64,000 nucleotides of DNA, from the NCBI RefSeq assembly GCF_006345805.1, contig NC_042999.1, forward strand, positions 74,338,001-74,402,000. The letters run 5' to 3'. Shown here piece by piece: positions 37,680 to 50,470 of this stretch (position 1 is its first letter; every line of letters starts with the position of its first letter). The notes beneath the pieces were generated by a model. It saw only the letters and a list, made by a program, of their open reading frames with translations, was not told the DNA's origin and searched no databases. This stretch comes from Octopus sinensis (taxonomy: Eukaryota). The position numbers and the translations under genes were made by a program.

Positions 37680-38993
37680 GACGTCACACAGTATACAATA
37701 TCGTGAGGTTGTTGATTGAGGATATTGTGTCTACCGAAGGTCTGCACTGTTTGTCAAGTCGCAACAAGGACCTCAGACAGATATTGTAGGGGATTTCTAA
37801 GGTTTTCAGATGTTCTTTTTTCAGATTGGGTGGTATTGAACCCAATGCTCCGATGACAATAGGGATAACCTTTATGTTCGACTCTCATAGCTGCCACATC
37901 TTGGGTCTCCATATTCATCAGCTTTTCCTCTTTCCTTCATGATGATATGTTGATCTCCTGGCATTGCTACGTCGACTATTAGGCACTCTTGTTTGTTCCT
38001 CTTAAAGGTTACTATATCCGGCCTTCGGTGCTCTAACGCTTTGTCTATCTGGAAATCAAAGTTCCAGAGGATTTTTGCCTTCCCCTTTTCGTTCATTACC
38101 TTTTCCGGTGTATGTTGGTAAAAAAGCACCCATAACCTCATATCCATGCTTACAGCATAGAAGCCAGTGGGGTTTGGGGCTATTTTGTCATGCCTACACT
38201 TGTACTCTTTCTGTGCAAGACTTTCACAAGCACTAACAATATGAGTCACGCTTTCAACCCTCTTCCCACACATTCTGCAGAAGTCTGTTGCACTTGTGTG
38301 ATATATATTCTTTTTCACTGAGTTGATATCCACTGCCTGGTCTTGGGCCACGATGATTAGGCTTTCAGTATTCTTTTTTAGGTCACCCTTGTTGAGCCAA
38401 CTCTATGATGCTTCCAGGTCTTTTAATTTGTTGGTTTCATGGTGGAACTGACTATGTAATTCCATACGGACTAGGGTTTCTTCTCTCTCGTTGGCTGTTC
38501 TTGTTCGGAATTCATGAGCATTCTCAAGTTCATTTTTGCTAACTCTTTTTGCACTAACAGCATACTGCAGCAGGTTTTCTTTGTTGATTACCAAATATTC
38601 TGCCATGTTTCTTCTTTCACTGCTGATGCACTCCCTTACGCTAATCAGCGCAAATCTACCCTTACCTCTCTTCATGTAGAACCTGTATACATTTGCCTTA
38701 GGGTGAAGGGCTGCATGCATTGTCATTGTCTTTCAAGTAGTGCGATCGAGTTGGTTAATCTCCGCTTGTGTCCCTCTCAGGATGGGGACACTATAGCGGA
38801 CGACAGCAACAGCCCATATATTGATGGCATTCACAAGGTTTCAAGAGAAGTTTGAGGCACTTGAAATATGCAGTGGTGATCTTGTCTTTCATTTCTCTGT
38901 GCAAAATATTCTCCAGCTCCAGGATTCCAAGGTACTTGTACCCATCATCATCTGGGTCTTCCATTCTTTCTCCGTTTGGTAATTCTATGCCCC
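37680..38993 (-). mobile_element. R4/Dong-like element 3' portion (third family)
   Basis: ORFs 38791-39015 (GYKYLGILE), 38403-38726 (HAALHPKANV.RFYMKR) and 37872-38351 (CRMCG..ESVTHI..RHD..RRPDIV..VDVAMPGD); 3' end joins (TAA)n. Confidence 0.85.
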
Positions 38994-39236
38994 TATGGCT
39001 ATAATGCTCCCCCACTACTTCTGCTTGTGATCAGAGATGCACATATCATCAGCCACTAAGGGACATGGTCAACTGGCTATGGTCAAACAACTGACAAGCA
39101 AATCTGTAGTATTGAGCAGAATATTTGTTGTAGCCCATATTTTATCCAAAGACGAAAACAATGTACATGATAACACTTCCAATCAGTTAAGAACAGAAGC
39201 CACAAGAGCCACTGCCTGGTACTGCAACAGGGCATT

Positions 39237-39278
<42 letters not shown>

Positions 39279-39279
39279 T

Positions 39280-42255
39280 AGATTGTTGAGCTGCTTGAAC
39301 GGAGACGTGTGGATTTATGCTGCATCCAAGAAGTAAGGTGGAGAGGAGGTTCCGCTAGGCTCCTCACAGGCAAGGAACACAGGTACAAGATTTTCTGGGC
39401 AGGGAACACTGACGGGGTTGGGGGCGTGGGTATACTTCTTGCGGAGAAATGGGTAGATAAGGTAATCGAGGTAGTCAGAGTAAGTGATAGAGTACTTAAG
39501 ATTAGATTAGTGCTTCACCATAGGTCAGCTACCATCATCTCGGCATATGCCCCTCAACCAAGGCTACCGGAAGGACAGAAAGACCAATTCTACGACACCC
39601 TATTGCAGACTACCTCGTTGACAAATGACAGTGACCTTCTCTTTGTGGCAGGTGATTTCAATGGACATGTTGGAGGGTATGTCGGGGGCTTCCATGGCGT
39701 TCATGGAGGCTACGGTTTTGGCTCTCGAAATGAGGAGGGAACCAGGCTGCTGGAGTTCTGCGGTGCAAATGGCCTTATGGTTTGCAATACCAACTTCAGG
39801 AAACCCACCTCTCACCTAGTCACCTACCGTTCTGGCAGACACACTAGTCAGATTGACTTCATCCTTGCTAGAAAGAGGGAAAGAGGGCTGCTTATAAATG
39901 CCAAAACCTTTCCAGGCGAAGAATGTACTCCTCAACATAGATTAGTAGTTAGCGACATCAGGATCAGAGCTAAATGGTTGCCCAGAAGAAGACCAGCTTG
40001 GAGGAGAAGGGTCTGGAAGCTTAAAGATCCTGCAAATGGACAGAGATTTAGAGACATACTACTCGAAGCCTTTGACGAAATAGAAGGGGATATAGCTTCA
40101 CTTAATGTGGAAGACAACTGGAGATTTCTACGAGAAAATCTGCTGACAGCCACTGACCAGATCTGTGGATGGAGCAAAGTCCCATCTCGACCCACAGTGG
40201 TGATGGAACAATGTGGTTGACAGGGCTATTAGACAAAAGAAACAGGCTTGGAGGGACTGTAATAACGGTGGTAGCAGGGAATTGTATCAGACAGCCAGAA
40301 GGGAAGCTAGGAGACAGGTTTATTTAGCCAGAGGGGAAGCGGATAAGAAAAAATTTGCCAATGTTCTGCGCCGTGAGGATGGAAGACTTGAGGTATTTTG
40401 TGTTGCAAGACAGTGTGTGAGAGAGAATCGTGATGTGGTAGGAAAGAAATGTGTCCGCATGGATGATGGTTCACTTGCGCTAAATGAGGACGCAAAGAGA
40501 GAGGTTTGGAGATGCCACTATGAAAGGTTGCTGAATAAAGAAAATGAATGGGATAAAGAGAGTCTGCCAAATGTCAACCCAACAGAGGGACCAGCCATCC
40601 GAGTTGACAATTCTTTGCTAGTTAAAGCAATTAGAAGCATGAAGACAGAGAAAGCCCCAGGCCCATCAGGAATTACTGCAGAGATGCTCAAAATATCTGG
40701 CAGTGTCGTCTATAACCTAGTCACCCATATAGTTAACCAGGTGATACACGAAGGAGTCATACCCAATGAATGGTGTAGCAGCATACTAGTCAACTGCTAC
40801 AAAGGTAAAGGAGACGCCCTAGATACAAATAATTACAGAGGTATCAAGCTGTTGGATCAGATAATGAAGGTTACAGAGAGGGTCATAGCCCAACTGATTA
40901 GGGAGAGAGTCAACTTGGACGAGATGCAGTTTGGTTTCATGCCAGGGAGAAGCACCACTGATGCCATATTTCTGGTGAGACAGCTGCAGGAGAAATACCT
41001 AGCCAAAGATAAGCCGCTGTACCTGGCTTTCGTTGACATGGAGAAAGCCTTTGACAGGGTCCCCCGATCCCTTATCTGGTGGTCAATGAGGAAACTAGGA
41101 ATAGATGAATGGCTGGTGAGGGCTGTGCAAGCCATGTACAGGGATGCCATAAGTAAGGTTAGGGTTGGCAACATGTACACAGAAGAATTCAAAGTAGAGG
41201 TTGGGGTCCACCAGGGTTCAGTACTCAGACCCCTCCTATTTATCATAGTCCTCCAGGCAATTACGGAGGAATTCAAGACAAGTTGCCCCTGGGAGCTCCT
41301 ATATGCTGACGACCTTGCTCTAATTGCTGAGTCACTATCAGAACTGGAGAAGTTCCAGGTGTGGAAGGAGGGTCTAGAATCGAGGGGCCTTAGAGTCAAC
41401 CTAGCTAAAACCAAAGTACTAATAAGTAGGAAGGTAGACAATCCACAAATGTCTTCAGGAAGATGGCCCTGCTCGATCTGTAGAAAAGGTGTAGGTAGAA
41501 ACTCTATAAGATGTACCCAGTGTAAGCTATGGACACATAAGAGGTGCAGCAATGTCAAAGGAAGGCTAACTGGGAAGATAGTTTTTGTATGTGGCAGATG
41601 CTCGGGAGCATTAACCTCTGAAAATCTGCAGAAAACAACTTCCGTCACTTTCCAGGGGGAAAAACTAGAAGTAGTTGATAGCTTCCGTTATTTTGGTGAC
41701 CAAGTCAGTAGTGGGGGTGGGTGTGCTGAAAGTGTAACGGCTAGAGTAAGAATAGCCTGGGCAAAGTTTAGGGAGCTCTTACCTCTGCTGGTGACTAAAG
41801 GCCTCTCGCTCAGAGTAAAAGGCAGACTGTATGATGCATGTGTACGAACACCCATGCTACATGGCAGTGAAACATGGGCCGTGACTGCTGAGGACATGTG
41901 TAAGCTCGCGAGAAATGAAGCCAGTATGCTCCAATGGATGTGTAATGTCAGTGTGCATGCTCGACAGAGCGTTAGTACCCTGAGAGAAATGTTGGACCTA
42001 AGGAGCATCAGTTGTGGTGTGCAAGAGTGATGATTGCGCTGGTATGGTCATGTGGTGAGAATGGATAAAGATAGGTGTGTGAAAAAGTGCCATTCCCTAG
42101 CAGTGGAAGGAACCCGTGGAAGAGGTAGACCCAGGAAAACTTGGGCTGAGGTGGTGAAGCACGACCTTCGAACTTTAGGTCTCACTGAGGAAATGACCAG
42201 CGACCGAGACCTTTGGAAATATGCTGTGCGTGAGAAGACCAGGCAGGACAAGTGA
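39280..42255 (+). pseudogene. RTE ORF (APE plus RT with a PHD-like C-rich insertion); frameshift near 40200 and TGA-TGA at 42028-42033
   Basis: ORFs 39309-40220 (CCIQEVRW, GDFNGH, SQIDFIL, QHRLVV), 40213-42030 (YRGIKLL, QFGF, DMEKAFD, HQGS, YADD, WPCSIC...C..C..W.H..C...C..C) and 42034-42255. Confidence 0.9.
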
Positions 42256-42863
42256 GTCCAGCCCACTTATGCATGCCTTTCCTCCCTTGGACACACAAAG
42301 ACCTGTTGAGGCAAGCGAAGTCAATATCGAACCTCATGCGACGACAGGCACCTATGCCAACCCCCCTTTGCTTGCAAAGACCTGTTGGGACAAGTGAAAT
42401 CGAAATCGAAATCGGAATCGAAATTGAACCAATCCTATGACTGGCACCCGGCAGATGCCAGGACCCCTAGACTGGTGATACATAAAAAGCACTAACCGAA
42501 TCGTGGCCGATGCCAGCGCTGCCTCGACTGGCTTCCGTGTCGGTGGCACGTAAAAAGCACTATCCGAATCGTGGCTGAAGCCAGTGCCGTTTCGACTGGC
42601 TTCCGTGCAGGTGGCACATAAAATGCACCAATCCGACCGTGGCCGATGCCAGCCTCGCCTGGCACCAGTGCATATGGCACATAAAAAGCACCCACTACAC
42701 TCACGGAGTGGTTGGTGTTAGGAAGGGCATCCAGCTGTAGAAACATTGCCAGATAAGACCGGAGCCTGGTGCAGCCTTCTGGCTTCCCAGATCCCTGGTC
42801 GAACCGTCCAACCCATGCTAGCATGGAGAACGGACGTTAAACGATGATGATGATGATGATGAT
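39280..42863 (+). mobile_element. Near full-length RTE-clade LINE inserted in a (TTA)n array
   Basis: APE endonuclease, RT, a repeat-rich 3' UTR (42256-42842) and a (GAT)n tail. Confidence 0.93.
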
Positions 42864-42902
42864 TATTATTATTATTATTATTACTAGTATTATTATTATT
42901 AT

Positions 42903-44322
42903 TCAGTAGTTTTATTTTTATAGCATGCTTTCACTTCACTACCGAGCGCAGCTCTGTGTGCCTTAGGTATGTGCTGTGATTTGTTGTGATGCTCTGATGG
43001 TTATTGTATGGAAAGTGTTCTGCGTAGGATGTGTGCAGTGCCTAGTAGTGCAATTTTCTGTATGTTATATGTGTTTGTAAGTCCTGGTGTTTTTGTTATG
43101 TATTTGTCTGAGTATTTTTTTATCATGCCTAATGCACCTACTATGATAGGAATTGTTTCTGTTTTTAGATTCCACATTCTGGTTACCTCTATTTCCAGGT
43201 TTTTGTATTTTGAAAGTTTCTCCATTTCTTTTAGAGACACGTTGTCATCTGCCGGTATTGATACATCAATTAGAAAGCATTTTTTTTCTTAATGATCTCT
43301 GACAACTATATCTGGTCTGTTGGCCTTAATTTCTCTATCTGTGTGTATTGGCATATCCCAGAGTATGGTTGCTTTCTCGTTTTCTGTGACCTTTTCTGGT
43401 GTGTGCCTATACCATCTTTTTTCTGTTGTTATTCCATAATGTTGGCATAGCTTCCAGTGTATGTAGGTTCCAACCCTGTCATGTCTGTGAATATATTCCT
43501 TCTTAGCCAGGACTGGGCAGCCAGAGATAATATGATTTATTGTTTCTTGTCCATCTCCACATATTCTGCAGTTACTTGTTATATTTCTTTTCATTACATG
43601 TTTTTGGTAATTTCTGGTGGGGAGGCTTTGGTCTTGTGCTGCAATTAAAAATCCCACGGTCTCTGCTTTGAGTCCTGAGCTTCTCAACCATTGCTGGGAT
43701 TTTTCTATTTCTTTTGCGTTTAGTTTAGTCCAGTATTTACCATGAAGGGGCTTTTCTTGCCATCGTTTTATCATGGCTCGTTGCTGTTCTATTTTTAGTT
43801 TGGATTTCATTTGTTTTATAGCTTTTGTTGTTTCTTCATCTTCTTCTTCTTCTTCATATTTATTAGGTGGTATAATTTCTTGTTTGTATTTGTCAGCTTC
43901 CTTAAATACTGAGAACAGTTTTTTGTTTTGCTCGTGTTTTGCCGCTATTTGTATCAGTTTTCCTTCCTTCTGAAGTAAATATTTTTGCAGTCTTATGGTG
44001 GTTATTTTATAGTAGTTTTCCAGCTGTATAAGGCCTCTACCACCTTCTATACGTTGTATATATAGTCTTTCTATGTCAGATTTTGGGTGATGCATCCTAG
44101 ATCCTGTCGTTATTTTTCTTGTTTTCCTATCTATTTTGGTCAGTTCATTTAGTGTCCAGTTAAGGATATTGTAGCTGTAACTTATAACTGGGACAGCTAA
44201 AGTGTTAATACCTATTATCTTGTTTTTAGCATTGAGCTCTGTTTTTAGTATTGATCTAACTCGTCTATAATATTCTTTTTTTATTTTCTCTTTCATTTGT
44301 GTGTGTTGTGTCTTATCTAGTT
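42903..44322 (-). mobile_element. R4/Dong-like element, 5'-truncated, (TAA)n at both ends (copy B)
   Basis: ORF 43289-44386 (INTLAVPV..YS, HHPKSD.ERLY, AAQDQSL, CRICG..ETINHI, RHD, ILWD..HTD..ANRPDIVV) and 43001-43240 (KY..L..E..RMW...PIIVGALG). Confidence 0.9.
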
Positions 44323-44327
44323 CATGG

Positions 44328-44364
<37 letters not shown>

Positions 44365-44737
44365 TATTATTATTATTATTGAACAAATTGCTTTGACATT
44401 TTCTCTTTCTTTAGATTCTGAGTTTCATTTTTGCCAAGGTTGCGTTTCCCTTTCACCCTTTTCAGGTCCATAAAATGAGTACCATTTAAATACTGGGATG
44501 GATGTAATCAACTGGCCTATCCTCCTAAATTTCAGGCCTTGTCGCCTTATTATCATTATCTATACTGGCATTTGTTTCTCTACTGAAATATGTATGTGAA
44601 TGCCAAGCATTGCCAAACATTTAGTCTATCATTTTTGTATGGGTTTTCTCTTTTTCAGCTATCTTCCTACTTCTCCATTTTCTTTCTCTTTCTTTTTTTC
44701 TTTTTTATATTTAAAAAAAGGTTCTTTATATATATAT

Positions 44738-44793
<56 letters not shown>

Positions 44794-45338
44794 GGGTTTT
44801 TTTCCATAATAATTTTTCCATGCTTTACAAGACGGGTTAGTTTATTTGTTGAATCAGTTGAATATACTAATCAATGCATCTCTTGTTGCAACCAATCCAT
44901 TGTGAAATGTTTTTTTGTTTAGTCATTCATATTGAAGTAAATGGTTATAGACAAACTGGAACTAATGATTTTGCTAAGATCAACAGTGCAGCCTTTTCTT
45001 TCATTTCATATGTATAAGACTTCAATCAAATATTTTACTATCTTATTTCAAGAAACATGTTTTCTACCTTCATAAAATCTACTTTGCACTGGATGCTTTT
45101 ATAGTCAGTGGAAAGGTAAAATGGTAGAGTGCCAGGTCAAGTGACTTAGTTTCATCCTTTCACAATCAGAAACTGAAAATGAACAATGGATCCACAAGTT
45201 CCTTGTTAGTTAGAAAATTATTAACTTATTGTTACTATGTATTTTGGATTTATTATTAGATTAGTCACTATTTTGACAACTTTATTTTAAACCACATACC
45301 AATATTAATGTATTTTGCTTATTTTCTTTATTTTATAG

Positions 45339-45686
45339 ACACAGACCGATACTTATACATTTATTCAAACACAAATACTGAAAATGCAAAAGTTTCCATA
45401 CAGTCACCTCAAGCAGATGTGAAGGAAAATTCTAGTGTCACCTTCAAATACCGAATGAGAAGAAATATGAAAGAATTTGCACTCTTTACTAATGACTCAA
45501 ATTCAAGGGGGGAATTGTTGTGGTCTTCAAATTTCAATGATATTCCTGAATTCATTACTGCTTGTGTGGATTTTCCAAATTCAACAACATTCGGGCTGAA
45601 TTTTCAGGGTACAGTAAATGCTAATTCATATCGGGACGGATATATATACTTGGATGAAATTGAAGTCCATAATGAAACATGTAAAT
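45339..45686 (+). CDS. MAM-domain protein exon (C-terminal half of MAM repeat 2)
   Basis: ttttatag|AC ACA; RYLYIYS...TFKYRM...LLW...ACVDFP...DGYIYLDEIEV..ETCK; |gtaaga donor; 348 nt, phase 1-1. Confidence 0.8.
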
Positions 45687-45744
45687 GTAAGATTCAAAAT
45701 ATTTTCATTTTAAATTCAAATTCTTCTTGATTTCATTCAAATTA

Positions 45745-46662
45745 CGAGAGGTGTCAAAAAGTTCCCGGGATTTGTTCTGTAGTGCGCCAACAGATGGCGG
45801 CATAAAGTTGCATGCACAGTGAGAGCTAGCAGTGATCATCATGATGCAGTGTGTCGTTTGTTTCTCAGATTGTGAAACCTGCTGTGTTTACTTCGCAAGT
45901 TGTGAAATTTGTGTTTTTGTGATCCTGTCATCTGCAACGTTTGTCATGGACAGGAAGTTGGAACAAAGGCCAACAGGAAATATTGCGTTGAACTTGATAA
46001 GTCTGCTACAGAAACATTGAGCATGCTTTGGTAAGCTTATGGAGATGAGGCAATGGGTTGTATGCAACGTTTCAAGTAGCACAGGCACACAACAGAGCCA
46101 CAGCTCAATGAAGAGCATGTTCCTCATTTTTATCTTTTTTTTTTTGACATCTGTAGCATTGTGCATCTGGAATTTATTCCCCAAGGGCCAGACTGCCAAT
46201 CAAGAGTTCTACTGCGATGTTTTAGATCATTCAAGGGAGGGCTTTCGGTGAAAGTGACTAGATGTGTGGAATGTGAAGAATTAGATTCTTCACTACAACA
46301 ATGCATCTGATCACCTAGCTCTCCTCATTCATGAGTTTTTTGCCAAAAGCAAAATGGTATCACTTCTGTACCTGCCCTATTCACTAGATTTAGCACCTGC
46401 AGACTTCCATATCTTCCCCAAGATGAAAATGCAGTTCAAAAGATGTCGTTTGAACACCATTGTCAAGATGCAAAGCAAATTGCAGAAGGTACCTGACTCA
46501 CTTACTGAAAACGACTTCCAGGTCAGATTCCAAAAGTGGTAGGAATGCTGGGACTGGTGTATTGCTGTGCAAGATGACTTTTTTGAAGGAGATGATGTTA
46601 AAACTTAAGTGAATATTTTTTATTAAATATTTCTAGTCCAGAAACTTTTTGATATCATCTCA
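45745..46662 (+). mobile_element. Internally deleted mariner (DD34D-type) element with both TIRs and TA flanks
   Basis: Left end TA-CGAGAGGTGTCAAAAAGTTCCCGG, right end TCCAGAAACTTTTTGATATCATCTCA-TA; residual YSLDLAPADFHIFPKMK motif. Confidence 0.85.
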
Positions 46663-47054
46663 TACTTTTTCTTATATTTTTGAATCCAGTTTTCCATACT
46701 TGCATTGTTAAGATTGTTTTTTTTTGCAGCAATAACTTTTATAGTTCTGGATTTCCATCTTAGTTTGAAAACAGAATGGTATCTGTTGTCAGGCAAACTG
46801 AGACAATCAGGGTCATGACACAATAGCTGAAGGGAGGTTTAATTTTTTGTAACCACACGATCAGTCAGCTAATAGATTAACATGATAATTATTGTGGCTT
46901 GTAAATCATCTGTTATATATTAAACAATACTGATTTGTATAGATTTACAATATGATCTCTGAGCTTTTTTATTATCAATATATTGGCAGAAAGTAAATTG
47001 ATTTAATATTGCAATCACATTGCAATTTCATAAATTCAAAAAAATATTTTCAAT

Positions 47055-48019
47055 GAGAGCTCTTACCTCTGCTGGTGACAAAAGGCCTCTCACTCAGAGT
47101 AAAAGGCAGACTGTATGATGCATGTGTACAAACAGCCATGCTACATGGCAGTGAAACATGGGCCGTGACTGCTGAGGATATGCGTAAGCTCGCAAGAAAT
47201 GAAGCCAGTATACTCCGATGGATGTGTAATGTCAGTGTTCATACTCGACAGAGTGTAAGTACCTTGAGAGAAAAGTTGGACCTAAGAAGCATCAGTTGTG
47301 GTGTGCAAGAGAGACGTTTGCGCTGGTATGGTCATGTGGCAAGAATGGATGAAGATAGTTGTGTGAAAAAGTGCCACACCCTAGCGGTTGAGGGATCCTG
47401 TGGAAGAGGTAGACCCAGGAAAACCTGGGACGAGGTGGTGAAGCATGACCTTCGAACTTTAGGTCTCACTAGAGACCAAGACCTATGGAAGTATGCTGTG
47501 CATGAAAAGACCCAGCAGGACAAGTGAGACCATAACCCGTGGCCTCTACCTAGGATGTAGCCGGTCCATTTATGCATACCTTTCCTTCTTGGGACACAAA
47601 ACTCTACTTGTGAAGACCTGTTGAGGCAAGTGAGAATCAGAATCAAAATCAAAATCGAAATCGATCAACATCAATGGAAATTGTAGCTGTGATACCAGTG
47701 CTGGTGGCACGTAAGAGAACCATCTGAACGTGGCCGTTGCCAGCGCTGCCCGACGGCCTCTGTGCCGGTGGCACGTAAAAAGTACCATCCGATCGTGGCC
47801 GTTTGCCAGCCTCGTCTGGCACCTGTGTTGGTGGCATGTAAAAAGCACCCACTATACTCACGGAGTGGTTAGTGTTAGGAAGGGCATCCTCCCGAAGAAA
47901 CATTGCCAGATCAGACTGGGCCTGGTGCAGTCTTCTGGCTTCCCAGACCCCAGTTGAACCATCCAACCCATGCTAGCATGGAAAGCGGACGCTAAACGAT
48001 GATGGTGATGATGATGATG
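47055..48019 (+). mobile_element. 5'-truncated RTE copy with a (GAT)n tail
   Basis: ORF 47075-47527 and its 3' UTR closely match 41770-42860. Confidence 0.9.
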
Positions 48020-49847
48020 AACTTGGTTTTCAGTAGACAAAATATAATTTTGTACATAAAAGTCTATTTAATGTCTACTGAAATTATCCTCACAAAGTCT
48101 TTAACCTGGTTTTTTATTAGTAAACAATGTTATGGTCAAATTATTACTTAACAAGTGAGGAAGGAAGTTTACATATTCATTCAACCTGATCAGTGTCACA
48201 AAAAATCTTCACTAAATTCTACAAAGGTTATTCAATTGTCATTTTATTCATTTTGACTCGGAAATGGTTTTATATAAATATTTTAAAATTAATACTTTCA
48301 TTGCCAATCTACCTGTTGTCAGATGGTCAAATAATTTTCTTGACCTTTCTCAAATGAGAAAATTCTCATGCGTATTAAATTGTAAAAATATGCTACTTAT
48401 ACATCTAGTGATCAAATAGATTTTATAAAGGTTCCAGTATCTCCACCTCAATTTTGAGATGCCTTTTCTCTTCAAAAGCACAAATTTTTCTCTTGATGCG
48501 AGAAATTCTAACAATAGAATGATTATCCTCTCATTGGTCAATGTCTGTTTCTTTTCACTAGCTATGTCTAGAGAAAGGAGCTGTGCCCATGGACTTCATA
48601 TGCCTTTCAAGACCATTAAAAAGGATATCATTAATGTTCCACACAAGCAGGTCAACACTTTAAAAATATATGTGGAAGGAGGGAACTCTAGAGGCCAACA
48701 TTCTGGAGAAGTAGGCTTCTGTGCAGTGGTTAGTAGGGTTTGGGTAGAGTTGGAGTCAACATGAGTGGTGAGGAGAGATGAGAAAGTTGAAAGTGTTAAA
48801 ATGGAAATGACATAAGACATGCTTACTGTGTGGTGCAGAGGTGGTTGAAGTAACACTAGAAGAGACAGAGATCTTATCTATGTGTAACTATGAAAATCAA
48901 TTAAGCTGACTTCTATCAAATGGTTGCTTAGTCATCATTGTTATGGTGGTTTCTCGTTGATGTGTGTTGTATTGTTGAAGACCATATCTTGTGGTCTAGC
49001 TGGCTGTGTGTGTAAAGAAATAGAGCAACTCACAAACTTTTAACTTTTAACATATTCATTGCTTTGGCTGTTTACAAAAGAAAGATGCTGATAATATAAC
49101 CGCCAACTTGGTGGAGAATAGAATACTGTGTCTGTAGAAGGCTAGCTGTGGTACATTGTGTATAAGTGTTCAAAATCATTTCTAGCTTAAGGTGGTTTGG
49201 CCTTAATGATCTGCCTTCTGTAAGTACCAAAGGTGTTTTGGATAAATGTCCATGGCTGTTTGGCCAAGTTGGGTGCCAAACAGCTCTTTACAGGGTGAAA
49301 AAGGGACAGATTTTATATCATCTGAAGAACTTTATCACACCACAGCTTCATGATGACTGGTCAATTTATTGACCAATTGAGTGACATTGTGGTGGCTTAC
49401 TCATGATCCCTAACTGGATATGTTACAGCTGGGGTTCAAATTCCTATGCTTTCTTAGGACGCAGTCAATATTGTTCAAGAAATGGACTTGGTTAACTGAG
49501 AGGTAAGTGCTTTGGTTATGAAAAACTGGCAATAACTGACAATATATGAGCCACTAATTCTTGAACTTCATGACTGTTTTTCAGTACTCTGCCTTCTATT
49601 CACTAATATAACATGCAAATTTAGCTTAAACAAATTGCAGCTTGCATAAACAACCATGAAGCAGGTTATTAAATAACAATAAAATTCCATGTTAAGTAAT
49701 TTCATTATAATTATTTTACATGCCTTACTCAGAAAAATTAATTACTGAACCTTGTATCAGTTTTGACAAATGAGAATTCCATTTGTCTGATTAATTAAGC
49801 TTCCTCCTCATTGTCTTTTAGAGTAAATTGTTGAACATTCTTTAAAC

Positions 49848-50470
49848 CAGGGATGCACAACCTTTTTTGTCCAAAGAGCCAAATTGTGAATTGAATCATT
49901 CAAGGAGGGCTGGGATCAAATAAAGCTGAAGAAAATATTAAAATGTTTCAGTTCTGATATATACATAATCGTGTACCAAAATATGCATGTAGAAAATCAG
50001 TGTTACATACGGAGAAATATATTTATATACACATCTATTCTGAATATAGCTCAAGTATAATAACATACCTTGCATATGAAGAGACACATTGATGCAATGC
50101 AGGCACAAACTTCTTGTAAGCCAGGCAGTGAGTTACTGGAAACTAAAATTTAGGCAACAAGCGTCCTAAAATTGTTTAAAACATGTACTAATAAGTTCAG
50201 ATCTTGTATTCCACAAAAAGGAGTGTGTTTTGATGGATATGGCAATTTATTCAATAAAGACATGAAGGAAACTAATGTAAAGAAACATAATAATAAAAGT
50301 TAATAAATAAATACTTTTATATGTGTTTTCAGTATGTGGTTCTGGTAGAAGCATTTCATTATGTTAATTTTCAGCCACCTATTAAAATAAGAAAGTCTTT
50401 GCAAAATGGTTTTATGGGCCACACAAAATGCCTTTACAGGATGCACAAAATGCTTTTGTAGACTACACAA
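49848..50470. mobile_element. Possible hAT-like remnant
   Basis: Starts CAGGGATGCACAACCTTTTT, a hAT-type end; no matching right TIR or TSD identified. Confidence 0.3.

Noticed and set aside
40857-42008. Long antisense ORFs (263 aa, 106 aa) opposite the RTE RT, and similar ones opposite the PLE ORFs
   Set aside because: Shadow frames of RT coding sequence with no independent motifs or splice signals.
42028-42033. In-frame TGA TGA as selenocysteine or readthrough
   Set aside because: The homologous copy at about 47310 has AGA CGT (Arg-Arg), so these are ordinary nonsense mutations. The PLE ORFs show no in-frame UGA either.
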